DNA of 64,000 nt from Candidatus Dormiibacterota bacterium (GCA_041691155.1 JBEPVD010000006.1:4402-68401); one strand, 5' to 3'. Shown: positions 18,661 through 28,273, counted from the first letter of the stretch. The notes: a model not told the origin generated them from the sequence alone. Translations and numbers: made by a program.

Positions 18661-19518
18661 TTACGTCCCCTCGATTTCCTGGCCCCACGCTCCGGTTTCG
18701 GCGAGGAGTTCCGCGAAGCGGCGCGGCTCACCCATGTGCGGGAAATGACCTGTATGAGGGATCGCGGTGGTCATCACATTCGGGAGTTGGCTCCGCAACC
18801 AGTCGTCAGATGCGGTGTCGCGCTCCCTGCCGCTCACCTGCAGGTAAGGCCGATCCAGCGTTCGCACCTTTCCGAGTGTCCAGTGGATCATCGCCTCGAC
18901 CTCGCCCGGAGGACTCGCGAGGATCTGCTGCCAGTATCCGACCACCACTTCCTGTCGAGGATGCGATGACGCAAGCACCTGCTGCCGCGCCACGGCACCA
19001 AGGTCTTCGAGGCCCATTCCCGACAGCAGGCGCGCCCACAACGCATCGAATCCTGGTCCCGTGATCGCCCCGGCCTGGGAACGGAGAAATGCCGCGAATG
19101 GCTGAACCATCAGCGGTTGGTCGACGTTGACGACCCCACGCACGGGATATCGGGAGGCGTAGATCGTCGCGATCACCGCTGCAATCGAGTGCCCAACCAC
19201 GACCGGAGCCACCAGACCAGCCTCGGAAACGGCCCCGTGTATGAGTTCGCATACCGCGGCAAGGTGATACGACGGCTGATCAGCCGACTCGCCGTGGCCA
19301 GGGAGGTCCAGTGAGAGAAATTGTCTCCCGGAGTCGATGCCGTTCAGGGCTTCCAGAGCGGGGCGCCAGTTCGTGCGATCGAACGTGAGCCCGTGGAGGA
19401 GCAGTAAGGGCGCGCGCTGATCAGCGCGGCCTCCCGCCTCGCCAACCAGACCATATCCGTGGAACGCGCTCCGCCGGGCTGTCGCGTTCGATCCGTCAGT
19501 GTCGGTGGGCGTTGACAT
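18661..19518 (-). CDS. alpha/beta hydrolase
   Basis: HGLTFD oxyanion region, GHSIAA nucleophile elbow, C-terminal His (PHTGHFPH). ATG at 19516-19518. Confidence 0.8.
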   Translation of the reverse strand: MSTPTDTDGSNATARRSAFHGYGLVGEAGGRADQRAPLLLLHGLTFDRTNWRPALEALNGIDSGRQFLSLDLPGHGESADQPSYHLAAVCELIHGAVSEAGLVAPVVVGHSIAAVIATIYASRYPVRGVVNVDQPLMVQPFAAFLRSQAGAITGPGFDALWARLLSGMGLEDLGAVARQQVLASSHPRQEVVVGYWQQILASPPGEVEAMIHWTLGKVRTLDRPYLQVSGRERDTASDDWLRSQLPNVMTTAIPHTGHFPHMGEPRRFAELLAETGAWGQEIEGT

Positions 19519-19597
19519 CACCGTGAGACCTCGTGAGGGGGACTGCTGGAGATTATGATACACCGTAACGTAACACTGTGCCGATAAAATAGGCCTC

Positions 19598-20212
19598 ATG
19601 GGTCGTCCACGCGAGCACGGCACCGCGATCGCGGGAGCGCTGCTCGATGTCGCCGAGAGGATCGCTGAAGCGGACGGCGTCGACGCGCTCTCGCTGCGCC
19701 GCATCGCGGACGAAGCAGGCACCACCACCCGGGCGGTGTACAGCCTCTACGGCTCGAAAGACGGCCTGATCGCGGCCCTGGGTATGCGCGCGTTCCGGAT
19801 GCTCGCCGCGGGCGTCGATGCACGTCCAGTGACGTCCGATCCCCGTGCGGACCTCGCCGAGGCGGGCGTGTCCGTTTTCCGCCGGTTCGCGCTGGGGCAT
19901 CCAGCGCTGTTCGAGATCGCGTTTCAGCGGCGCGACGAGCACCGGCGAGCAGCGGACACCTTCAGACCGAGCGCGTCCACGGCCCTGGCGAGCCTTGAGT
20001 CGCGCATCACGCGCCTCGAGCCCTCCGGCGACCTGGGCGGTAGGACCGTTCCCGAAGCAGCGCTCCAGTTCCACTCACTGTGTGAAGGATTGGCCGCCGT
20101 GGAACTCCGCACCGGACTTCCGGATGCTGTCGGCGAAAGGATGTGGCGGCAGGCGCTCAGCGCATTCGTCGCCGGTCTGCATGAGCCGGTGGGCGCGGGT
20201 ATCAAGACATGA
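19598..20212 (+). CDS. TetR family transcriptional regulator
   Basis: 204 aa with a TetR HTH (SLRRIADEAGTTTRAVYSLYGSK). Divergent from the hydrolase. Its stop overlaps the next start (ATGA). Confidence 0.85.
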   Translation: MGRPREHGTAIAGALLDVAERIAEADGVDALSLRRIADEAGTTTRAVYSLYGSKDGLIAALGMRAFRMLAAGVDARPVTSDPRADLAEAGVSVFRRFALGHPALFEIAFQRRDEHRRAADTFRPSASTALASLESRITRLEPSGDLGGRTVPEAALQFHSLCEGLAAVELRTGLPDAVGERMWRQALSAFVAGLHEPVGAGIKT

Positions 20213-20631
20213 CACTCACGACTGAACAGTCGAATCGGTTACTGCTGCGTGCACGCGACGCCATGGATCTCGGCTACGCACGGCCCCTCAACATCACGAC
20301 TCTGGCGCGCGTTGCGTGCGTGTCCGAAGCGCACTTCATCCGCGGGTTTCGCGCGACCTTCGGCGAGACTCCGCACCGATACCTGCAGCGCCGGCGCGTC
20401 GAACGAGCGCTCTTTCTGCTGCGTTGCACCGATCGATCCATCACCGACATCTGTTTCGACGTGGGATTCGCCAGCCTGGGAACTTTCAGCAAGACCTTTC
20501 ATACGATCGTCGGCGAGACACCGTCGGCGTACCGAAGCCGCGGTCATGTCATCCCGGTCCCGACCTGTCTGGCGATGGCCTGGACGCGACCGAGCAGTTT
20601 TGGAGAAGACGAACCGCCTGACGTCCGCTAG
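20209..20631 (+). CDS. AraC family transcriptional regulator (HTH domain only)
   Basis: 140 aa with dual HTH AraC signatures (FIRGFRATFGETPHRYLQRRRVERA ... DICFDVGFASLGTFSKTFHTIVGETPSAYR). Confidence 0.8.
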   Translation: MTLTTEQSNRLLLRARDAMDLGYARPLNITTLARVACVSEAHFIRGFRATFGETPHRYLQRRRVERALFLLRCTDRSITDICFDVGFASLGTFSKTFHTIVGETPSAYRSRGHVIPVPTCLAMAWTRPSSFGEDEPPDVR

Positions 20632-20676
20632 CGTGAGCGCGGTCGTCTCGCAACCTACCACGAGGGAGAATCCGCC

Positions 20677-21096
20677 ATGTTGGACAGTCTCAGAATGTCC
20701 CAGATCTACGTGCTCGACCAGGACCAGGCGCTCGCCTTCTATGTCGGGAAACTCGGTATGAAAGTGCACACCGACGCGGACCTCGGTTTCATGCGCTTCC
20801 TCACCGTCACCCTGCCCGGCGATCATGAGCGTCAGATCTTTCTCGAAAAACCCGGCCCGCCGATGATGGATCCAGCCGCCGCCGATGAAGTCCGCGAGCT
20901 GCTGACCAAAGGTCGCGCCGGTGGCCACCTGTTCTTCTCGACGTCCGACTGTCGCAAGACATACGACGAACTGAGTGCCAGGGGAGTCGAGTTCACACAG
21001 GAGCCGACGGAACAGCCCTACGGCATCGACTTCGGGATGCGTGATCCGTTCGGCAACCACATCCGCGTCGCGCAGCTCGCGCCGGCCGCTCAGTGA
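20677..21096 (+). CDS. VOC family protein
   Basis: 139 aa with glyoxalase-fold sequence (FYVGKLGMKV ... DPFGNHIRVAQ). Confidence 0.8.
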   Translation: MLDSLRMSQIYVLDQDQALAFYVGKLGMKVHTDADLGFMRFLTVTLPGDHERQIFLEKPGPPMMDPAAADEVRELLTKGRAGGHLFFSTSDCRKTYDELSARGVEFTQEPTEQPYGIDFGMRDPFGNHIRVAQLAPAAQ

Positions 21097-21551
21097 GCGA
21101 CTCGATGGAATTCTCGGCGGCGGTGCTGCTCTCTGGCAAAACGGCAACAGGCATCGAGGTTCCGCCGGCTGTCGTTGACGGGCTCGGGGGCGGCAAGCGA
21201 CCGGCGGTCCGCGTGACGATCAACGGCTATGAATATCGGAGCACCGTGGCCCCGATGGGCGGGAAGTTCATGCTCCCGATCAGCGCGGAACACCGCGAAG
21301 GGGCGCATGTCTCGGCCGGTGACGTCATCAGTGTCCACCTGACTCTGGACACCGCGCCGCGAACGTTGCCGATACCACCCGACCTGCAACGAGCCCTCGA
21401 CGGCGATGCTGCGGCGCGCCGCGTGTTCGACGGGCTTTCGTTCAGCCGAAAGCAGCGGTTCACGATACCGATCGAGCAGGCGAAGACTCCAGAAACGCGT
21501 GCGCGCCGCATCGAGAAGACCCTCAGTGACCTGCGGGCTGGAGGCGGCTGA
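21093..21551 (+). CDS. DUF1905 / YdeI-OmpD-associated family protein
   Basis: 152 aa. N-terminal DUF1905-like segment (KRPAVRVTINGYEYRSTVAPMGGKFMLPI) plus a YdeI-like C-terminus (SFSRKQRFTIPIEQAKTPETRARRIEK). GTGA overlap with the upstream gene. Confidence 0.6.
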   Translation: MSDSMEFSAAVLLSGKTATGIEVPPAVVDGLGGGKRPAVRVTINGYEYRSTVAPMGGKFMLPISAEHREGAHVSAGDVISVHLTLDTAPRTLPIPPDLQRALDGDAAARRVFDGLSFSRKQRFTIPIEQAKTPETRARRIEKTLSDLRAGGG

Positions 21552-21570
21552 CGCGACTGGGGCTCGCGAG

Positions 21571-23151
21571 TTATTCCCACACCGGTGACGGCTCGTCGCT
21601 CACGACTCCATCCTCGGAGAGCACCACGAAGCGGTTGAAGCGGCGCGCAAACCAGCGGTCGTGGGTCACGGCGACGACGGTTCCCTCGAACTGGTCCAGG
21701 CCATGCTCCAGTGCCTCCGCGGAATGCACATCAAGGTTGTCGGTCGGCTCATCGAGCAGCAGCAGCGTGGCGCCCCCGATTTCGAGGAGCAGGATCAGGA
21801 AACGCGCCTGCTGACCACCGCTCAGCGTCGCGAAATCCTGGTCGCCGTGCGTAACCAGCTCATAGCGGTCGAGCGAGCGCATGGCGCGGGCACGGTCGAG
21901 TCCGTGCTGGTGCAACGATTCCACCAGTGACGTGCCACGCAACTCCGGATGCTCGTGCGTCTGTTTGAAGTGACCGGGGACCACACGTGCGCCGAGGACA
22001 AACCGCCCTTGATGGGCAACCGCCTCCCTGGCGAACAGCCGCAAGAGATGACTCTTGCCGGTGCCGTTGTTGCCCAGCAGCGCGATGCGTTCACCAAACG
22101 ACACCTCAAGATCGAACGGTCGCACCAGGTCCGGAATCGCCAGATGCTCGCACGTGATCACGCGCACACCGGTGCGACCGCCGCGGAGTCGCATGCGCAC
22201 GTCCTGCCGCTCGGGGCGCTCGGCCGGTGGCCCCGCCTCCTCGAACTTGCGCAGTCGCGTGACCGAGGCTTGATACCGGCTCGCCATGGCGGGACTCATG
22301 GTCGCCTGCACGCGCAGTCGGGCCACGAGCTCCTTCAGGCGGTCGAGTTCTTCCCGCCAGCGCTTGTGCAGCTCGTCAAGACGGCCGATGCGTGCTTCGC
22401 GTGCCTCTGCATAGTCGTCAAAACCCCCACCGTGCACCCAGACTCCGTGACCTTCGAGCGTCACGATCCGATTGGCCGTCTCGGCGAGCACCTGCCGGTC
22501 ATGGCTCACATACAGGACGGTCTTTCCGGTGTCGCGCAGTGACTTCTCGAGCCGGCGTTTCCCGGTGACGTCGAGGTAGTTGTCGGGTTCGTCGAGGAGA
22601 AGGACCTCCTCATGTCCCCGAAGCAACACTTCCAGGGCGAGACGCTTCTGCTCGCCGCCGCTGAGCGTCGTGACCAGGCGATCGCGAACCTCCTCGAACG
22701 AGACGCCGATGCTCTGTTCGCAGCACACGTTCCAGGTCACCTCGGCGTCGTAGCCGGAAGCGGACGACCAATCCGCCACCGCCTGCGCGTACGCGATGGC
22801 GATGGTCTCATCGTGGGGTTGGTCGGCAAGCTCGCGTTCGGCCGCGATCAGCGTCCCACCCGCGATGCGGATCGGCGCAGGCGCGAGCCCCACGAGGAAT
22901 TCCCGCACCGTGGTCAGCCCACCCACGCTGCCGATGAACTGCCGCATCACGCCGATGCCGCCACTGCTGCTGATGGTCCCGCTCTCCGGCTTCAGATCCC
23001 CGGCGATGAGGCGCAGCAGCGTCGTCTTCCCGGTGCCGTTGGCCCCCACCAGCGCGACTTTGCTGCCCTCGCCGACTCGGAAGCTCACGTTCCGAAACAG
23101 GGTGTGACCCCCGATCGAGTAGCTCAGCTCACTGACGTCGATGAAACCCAT
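21571..23151 (-). CDS. ABC-F family ATPase (two ABC cassettes, no TM domain)
   Basis: 526 aa. Two Walker A motifs (GANGTGKTT, GNNGTGKSH), two LSGG signatures and Walker B LLLDEP twice. Confidence 0.9.
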   Translation of the reverse strand: MGFIDVSELSYSIGGHTLFRNVSFRVGEGSKVALVGANGTGKTTLLRLIAGDLKPESGTISSSGGIGVMRQFIGSVGGLTTVREFLVGLAPAPIRIAGGTLIAAERELADQPHDETIAIAYAQAVADWSSASGYDAEVTWNVCCEQSIGVSFEEVRDRLVTTLSGGEQKRLALEVLLRGHEEVLLLDEPDNYLDVTGKRRLEKSLRDTGKTVLYVSHDRQVLAETANRIVTLEGHGVWVHGGGFDDYAEAREARIGRLDELHKRWREELDRLKELVARLRVQATMSPAMASRYQASVTRLRKFEEAGPPAERPERQDVRMRLRGGRTGVRVITCEHLAIPDLVRPFDLEVSFGERIALLGNNGTGKSHLLRLFAREAVAHQGRFVLGARVVPGHFKQTHEHPELRGTSLVESLHQHGLDRARAMRSLDRYELVTHGDQDFATLSGGQQARFLILLLEIGGATLLLLDEPTDNLDVHSAEALEHGLDQFEGTVVAVTHDRWFARRFNRFVVLSEDGVVSDEPSPVWE

Positions 23152-23163
23152 GGCGGAGCGACG

Positions 23164-23568
23164 ATGTCATATCGTCAAGCGATGACCACTGCTGATCTCG
23201 AACAGCCGATCCTCGACGAGCTCTCCCGAGGCGGGAAAATTGACATCACCACGATCGGTCGCCAGACCGGCGAGCCGCGTCGCATCGAGATTGTTTTCCA
23301 TAACGTCGATGGCAGGCTCTTCATCAGCGGGATGCCCGGGTTCAAGCGGAGCTATATCGCCAACCTGACGGCCAACCCCAAGTTCACCTTTCATCTCAAG
23401 GGAGCCGTCACGGCGGATCTCGCCGCAACCGCCCGGGTCATGACCGACCCGGCTGAGCGCCGCGAGGTGCTCCCCGCCATCGCTCGCGCCTGGAAGCGCG
23501 ACGACATCGACGTGATGGTCGAGTCGAGTCCGCTCTTCGCGGTCACCATCGACGGTCTCGCCGGCTGA
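23164..23568 (+). CDS. deazaflavin(F420)-dependent nitroreductase family (DDN-like) protein
   Basis: C-terminal 134 codons of the listed ORF 22612..23568 (TTIGRQTGEPRRIEIVFHNVDGRLFISG ... ANLTANPKFTFHL). The upstream part of that ORF is antisense to the ABC-F gene. ATG at 23164 or 23182. Confidence 0.65.
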   Translation: MSYRQAMTTADLEQPILDELSRGGKIDITTIGRQTGEPRRIEIVFHNVDGRLFISGMPGFKRSYIANLTANPKFTFHLKGAVTADLAATARVMTDPAERREVLPAIARAWKRDDIDVMVESSPLFAVTIDGLAG

Positions 23569-23733
23569 GTCGAGGCCCCAGGAGGGCCCGCGAAACATCA
23601 GTCACATCGAGCGCAACGGATCGGCGAAAGCGTTACAGCACGTGTCATCGGTCGTCACCGAGCCCGGCTTAGGATCACTGCAGCGCCAAGAGAGAGGGCG
23701 TTCGCAGGGGATGGATCCAGGGGGAAACGGGGC

Positions 23734-25509
23734 ATGGATGTGGCGTATGCCATCAGTTGGGATGACGCGAAGACCAAGCGGGTCGTTCGAGCCATCCTCC
23801 TGATGTTTCTGGCGGCACTGCTGGTGGAAGCCGCCGGCTCACTGGCTCGAGCCTTCCCGACTTTCGAGTCGGTGATCGTGCGTTCGGTACCCGGTGAGAT
23901 GAGCAACGCGTCGCGGCTCGTCACCAACGCGGGTGGCCATGTCACCGGTCGGATCGGTCTTATCGACGCGGTGGTGGCGAATGTTCCGACCACGGCAGTC
24001 GCGCGTATCGCGAACAACCCCTCCGTTATCGAAGTGACTCCGAACGTCTCCGGCCACCTCGACAGTTCTTCGTTCAATGCCACCGGTGATGTCGACTCGA
24101 TGTACAGCATCGAGCAGAGGGATGGCGCACGCGCCTACTGGGACGCCGGGTACACCGGTCAGGGTGTCGGCGTCGCGCTCATCGATTCCGGCGTGGCGCC
24201 GGTCAACGGTCTGAGCGCCTCGGGCAAAGTGATCAACGGACCGGATCTCTCCTTTGAATCGCAGAATTCCCGGGTGCAGTACCTCGACACCTATGGCCAT
24301 GGCACGTTCATGGCCGGCATCATCGCGGGTCGCGACAACAACGTCGATACCGTGAATCCCAACGACACCAGCGACTTCATGGGTATGGCGCCCAATTCCA
24401 CCATCGTCAACATCAAAGTCGCGGATGCGCTGGGTGAAACCGACGTTTCGCAAGTGATTGCCGCCATCGACTGGGTGGTGCAGCACAGGAATGATCGCGG
24501 GATGAACATCCGGGTCCTCAACCTGTCCTTCGGCACCGACAGCACCCAGAGCTACGCGCTCGACCCCCTCGCGTACGCAACCGAGCAGGCTTGGAAGCAC
24601 GGCATCATCGTCGTGGTCTCAGCAGGCAACGGCGGACCGAACACGGCAACGCTCGCTGACCCCGCAATCGATCCCTATGTGATCGCAGTCGGAGCCGCTG
24701 ACACCAACGGGAGCACCATGGTGTCCAAGGATTCGCCGGCGAGCTTCACGAGCACCGGGGACGGGCGGCGCAACCCGGACCTGGCTGCCCCTGGCGTGCA
24801 TGTGGTTTCACTGCGCGACCCGGGTTCCAAAGTCGACAACCTGTTCGGCGGCACGGCAACCGTCGCTTCGCGCTTCTTCACCGGCAGCGGGACCTCTGAG
24901 GCTGCCGGGATGGTCTCCGGTGCGGCCGCGCTGATCGTGTCGCAGCACGCATCGATCAGCCCGGATCAGGTGAAGGCTTTGCTGACCGGCACCGTCGCGC
25001 AAATGCGCGGTCCAGTCAACCGGCGAGGGAATGGCGAGCTGAATCTCGCGAGCGCGCTGAATGCGAGCGTGCCGCAAAGCGTCCAGAGCTTCACAGACTC
25101 GACCGGCACCGGAAACCTGGAAGGGTCGCGGCGCGGCGACAACGTGGTCGACCAGAACGGCAGCGCGCTCGCGGGGGAGCAGGACATTTTCGGCAACAAC
25201 GTGAACACGGCTGCTCTCGCCGCGGCCGAGGCAAACGGTCGGGCGTGGCGTGGCGGAAGGTTCAACGGGTCGTCCTGGTCCAGCAATGGGTGGTACGGGT
25301 CATCGTGGTCGGGGAGCAGTTGGTCAGGGAGCAGTTGGTCAGGAAGCAGCTGGTCGGGCAGCAGTTGGTCGGGATCCAGTTGGTCCAGCTTCGGATGGGA
25401 CGGCAGTAGCTGGTCCGGGAATAGCTGGTCCAGTGGGAGTTGGTCAGGCAGCAGTTGGTCGGGGAGTAGCTGGTCCGGGAGCAGCTGGTCGACCGAGACT
25501 TGGAGTTAG
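23734..25509 (+). CDS. secreted S8 (subtilisin-like) serine peptidase with I9 propeptide and a C-terminal GSSWS repeat tail
   Basis: Catalytic triad contexts VALIDSGV (Asp), GHGTFMAG (His), GTSEAAGM (Ser). N-terminal signal/anchor helix. I9-like propeptide. Confidence 0.9.
   Translation: MDVAYAISWDDAKTKRVVRAILLMFLAALLVEAAGSLARAFPTFESVIVRSVPGEMSNASRLVTNAGGHVTGRIGLIDAVVANVPTTAVARIANNPSVIEVTPNVSGHLDSSSFNATGDVDSMYSIEQRDGARAYWDAGYTGQGVGVALIDSGVAPVNGLSASGKVINGPDLSFESQNSRVQYLDTYGHGTFMAGIIAGRDNNVDTVNPNDTSDFMGMAPNSTIVNIKVADALGETDVSQVIAAIDWVVQHRNDRGMNIRVLNLSFGTDSTQSYALDPLAYATEQAWKHGIIVVVSAGNGGPNTATLADPAIDPYVIAVGAADTNGSTMVSKDSPASFTSTGDGRRNPDLAAPGVHVVSLRDPGSKVDNLFGGTATVASRFFTGSGTSEAAGMVSGAAALIVSQHASISPDQVKALLTGTVAQMRGPVNRRGNGELNLASALNASVPQSVQSFTDSTGTGNLEGSRRGDNVVDQNGSALAGEQDIFGNNVNTAALAAAEANGRAWRGGRFNGSSWSSNGWYGSSWSGSSWSGSSWSGSSWSGSSWSGSSWSSFGWDGSSWSGNSWSSGSWSGSSWSGSSWSGSSWSTETWS
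25267..25506 (+). repeat. 16 tandem 15-nt units (GGN AGC AGY TGG TCN) encoding [GS]SSWS-type pentapeptides
   Basis: Direct reading: GSSWS SNGWY GSSWS x6 SFGWD GSSWS GNSWS SGSWS GSSWS x3 TETWS. A Trp occurs at every fifth residue for 80 residues up to the stop codon. Confidence 0.95.
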
Positions 25510-25600
25510 CCGGCCCGGAACCGACGGCCGCCGTCCTTTCCGCACCTGGCCGCGACCGTGATGTCATGGCGGCGGCTGCGACACCAAGGACGATAGAGAC

Positions 25601-28216
25601 GTGACGACCAGTGCCCTAGACGAGATCGCCCAACTGCGCAAAGCGGTCTCGCGGGTTGGGCGGGTCCACGTGATGACCGCCGTCCTCTGCGTGGTCGGCA
25701 TCGCCGCGGCGGTGGGAGTCTTCGGGCTCTCGGGACGCAGTCAGCCCTTCACGATCCCGTGGTTTGTGCTGGCGCCGTTCTTCTGCGCCGCGGAAGTCTG
25801 CGTGGTGCACATCCAGTTCCGTCGAGAGGCGCACTCGTTCTCGCTCAGCGAGGTACCGCTCGTCCTCGGATTGTTCTTCACTCCGGCGTTCGGCGTCGTT
25901 GCGGCGAGCTTCATCGGGACGGCGGTAGCCCTCTCCGTGTGGCGCCGCCAGTCGCTGCTGAAGCTGGCGTTCAACCTCGGGAACTTCACGCTCGGCACCG
26001 CCGTCGCAGTCGCGCTCTTCTGGCACCTGGCGCCGGTTGCCAACCCCGTGGGCACGGTGGGCTGTCTCGCGGCGCTGTTCGCAGTAGCGATCACCGGTCT
26101 GCTGCAGACGACGATCATCATCATCGCGATCTCATTGTCCGACGGTCGGCTCGACCCGTCCGGTGTGTTGACCACCTACGGGTTCGCCATGCTCGGTACG
26201 GTCGTCAACGCCTGCCTGGCGTTGATCACGGTCACGCTGTTGTGGTTTCACGCCGAGAGTGCGTGGCTCGTCGTCGTGCCGACGTTTGGTGTTGCACTTG
26301 CCTATCGCTCCTACGTCTCCGAGCACGAGAAACGCAATCAGGTCGGCTTTCTCTACGAGTCGAGCCGGCAGCTCCAACGCACCACTGAAGTCGATGAGGC
26401 GCTCATCGATCTCCTTCGCGGCGCATGCGACACATTCCGCGCGGAGATGGCGGAAATCACGATCATCCCGACGCGCGACAGCGAAAGCATGGTGCGGACG
26501 AGCGTCGGTGCGAACGGCACGACCGAACGCATGCGCCCGATCGCTGTCGACGACGTGGAGGTGCGTTTTGTCGAGGGCATCGTCAAGCGCGCACCCGCGC
26601 TGCTTGAGCGGCGCACCGTCGACGTTGAGAAACAGTCCCTGCTCGATTGTCGCGGCCTGCGCGACGGCATGGTCGCGGTCCTTCGCGGCGAGACGCGGCT
26701 GGTCGGCACCATGCTCATCGGCAACCGCCTCGGCGAAGTGAGCAGTTTCGACCACGAGGATCTTCGACTCTTCGAGATGCTTGCCACGCAGGTCGGCACC
26801 GCGCTGGAGAAGGGTCGGCTCGAACACTCGCTGGCGCAGCTCACCGAGTTGCAGCATCAACTGAGCCACCAGGCGTTCCACGACCCGTTGACCGGCATGG
26901 CCAACCGCCTGTTGTTCCGCACTCGCGTGAGCGACGCGCTGGGGCGCGCAGGTGAACATCTGTCAGTTCTGTTCATCGACCTCGATGATTTCAAGACCAT
27001 CAACGACAGCCTCGGACACGCCATCGGCGATCTGCTGTTGTGCGCGGTGGCTGATCGCATCACCGCGTGCCTTCGTTCCGGTGACATCGCCGCGCGTCTC
27101 GGCGGTGACGAATTCGCCCTCCTCCTGGAAGGCGTTGCCGATGGCCGTCCCGCCATCGCCATCGCCGACAAGATCGTCGAGCGCTTTCGTGAGCCCTTCA
27201 TGGTGCAAGGGGAGGAAATCCTCATCCACGCCAGCCTCGGCATCGTGACCGATGTCGCCGGCGAACGCAGCGCCGAAGAGTTGCTGCGCAACGCCGACGA
27301 GGCGATGTACATGGCCAAGAGTCTCGGCAAGGGCCGATGGGAGATGTTCGCGCCCAGCATGCATGCGGCGGTCCGATTGCGTCACGAATTGAAAGCGGAC
27401 CTGAACCGCACGCTCGAACGTGACGAGCTCGCGCTCGAGTATCAACCGATCATCGAGGTCGCATCAGGAAAGATCGTGGCTACCGAGGCGTTGCTGCGAT
27501 GGCACCACCCGCGCCGGGGCCTCGTTCCGCCGTCGGAATTCATCGCACTCGCAGAGGAGACGGGGCTCATCGCGCCGATCGGTCGATGGGTGCTCGAACG
27601 AGCATGCGAGCAGGCGGCCAGATGGCAGGACCTTCCGAATGGGCGCGGTGTCGGCGTAAGCGTGAATCTGTCGGCGCGCCAATTGCAACGCGGTGGCTTT
27701 GCCGAAGAGACGCGCACACTGCTTGCGACCACGGGGCTCGATCCTCATCTGCTCATTCTCGAGGTGACCGAGAGCGACGCCGCGGGTGATGAGGACGACA
27801 TCAAACACAGCCTTGCGGAGATGCGGCGGTTCGGCATCCGCATCGCGCTCGACGACTTCGGCACGGGCCATTCATCGCTCAGCCGTCTTCGGGACTTTCC
27901 GGTCGACATCCTCAAGATCGACCAGTCCTTCACATCCGCCCTCGGTCCCGCCGACGATGTCAGCGGCCTTTCTCAGGCGATCTTCCAGTTTGGGCAGAGC
28001 ATGGGACTCACGGTGATCGCGGAGGGCGTCGACGACCCCTCGCAACTCCACAAGCTGCGTGACTTCGCGTGCGAGTGGGCACAGGGGTTTCTCATCTCGC
28101 GTCCGGTGCCGATCGAGGCGATGCTCGCACTTCTCCAGGACAGCCCGCTGGACGCAGGGGCGCTCGACATGCGCGAGCGCGTCTCGCGGATCCGCGTCCT
28201 CCACCAGGTGTCCTGA
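25601..28216 (+). CDS. membrane-anchored GAF-GGDEF-EAL protein (c-di-GMP synthase/phosphodiesterase)
   Basis: 871 aa with an N-terminal polytopic block. GGDEF intact (RLGGDEFALLL), with an RxxD I-site five residues upstream (RSGD). EAL signatures EALLRW, EVTES, DDFGTG, AEGVD. Confidence 0.9.
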   Translation: MTTSALDEIAQLRKAVSRVGRVHVMTAVLCVVGIAAAVGVFGLSGRSQPFTIPWFVLAPFFCAAEVCVVHIQFRREAHSFSLSEVPLVLGLFFTPAFGVVAASFIGTAVALSVWRRQSLLKLAFNLGNFTLGTAVAVALFWHLAPVANPVGTVGCLAALFAVAITGLLQTTIIIIAISLSDGRLDPSGVLTTYGFAMLGTVVNACLALITVTLLWFHAESAWLVVVPTFGVALAYRSYVSEHEKRNQVGFLYESSRQLQRTTEVDEALIDLLRGACDTFRAEMAEITIIPTRDSESMVRTSVGANGTTERMRPIAVDDVEVRFVEGIVKRAPALLERRTVDVEKQSLLDCRGLRDGMVAVLRGETRLVGTMLIGNRLGEVSSFDHEDLRLFEMLATQVGTALEKGRLEHSLAQLTELQHQLSHQAFHDPLTGMANRLLFRTRVSDALGRAGEHLSVLFIDLDDFKTINDSLGHAIGDLLLCAVADRITACLRSGDIAARLGGDEFALLLEGVADGRPAIAIADKIVERFREPFMVQGEEILIHASLGIVTDVAGERSAEELLRNADEAMYMAKSLGKGRWEMFAPSMHAAVRLRHELKADLNRTLERDELALEYQPIIEVASGKIVATEALLRWHHPRRGLVPPSEFIALAEETGLIAPIGRWVLERACEQAARWQDLPNGRGVGVSVNLSARQLQRGGFAEETRTLLATTGLDPHLLILEVTESDAAGDEDDIKHSLAEMRRFGIRIALDDFGTGHSSLSRLRDFPVDILKIDQSFTSALGPADDVSGLSQAIFQFGQSMGLTVIAEGVDDPSQLHKLRDFACEWAQGFLISRPVPIEAMLALLQDSPLDAGALDMRERVSRIRVLHQVS

Positions 28217-28273
28217 GCCCCACTCGCTCGGCCGGCTCACGGTACCCTGTCCCCATGGTTGAAGGCCGCTGAT

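Noticed and set aside
17000-19728. Long N-terminal extensions of three minus-strand ORFs (17000..18097, 17722..18645, 18661..19728)
   Set aside because: The extensions are Arg/Ser/Ala-rich, overlap the neighbouring genes and lack RBS support. Internal ATGs at 17671, 18441 and 19518 give products that begin at the conserved N-termini of their families.
20239-21147. 302-aa minus-strand ORF spanning three plus-strand genes
   Set aside because: It overlaps the AraC, VOC and YdeI-like genes, each with recognisable motifs and coupled starts. It has no motifs of its own.
22612-23568. 318-aa plus-strand ORF taken as one gene
   Set aside because: Only the last 134 codons (from ATG 23164) look like a DDN-type protein. 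The first 184 codons lie antisense to the ABC-F gene and are Arg/Asp/His-rich.
23734-25509. S8 protease as a mycosin (type VII secretion protease)
   Set aside because: It has no C-terminal TM anchor, and no ESX/T7SS genes (EccB-E, EsxA/B) are in the window. The C-terminus is the GSSWS array instead.
25262-25567. 101-aa minus-strand ORF with repetitive T-N-C/P-T-N-C content
   Set aside because: It is an antisense reading of the 15-nt GSSWS-encoding array inside the S8 protease gene.
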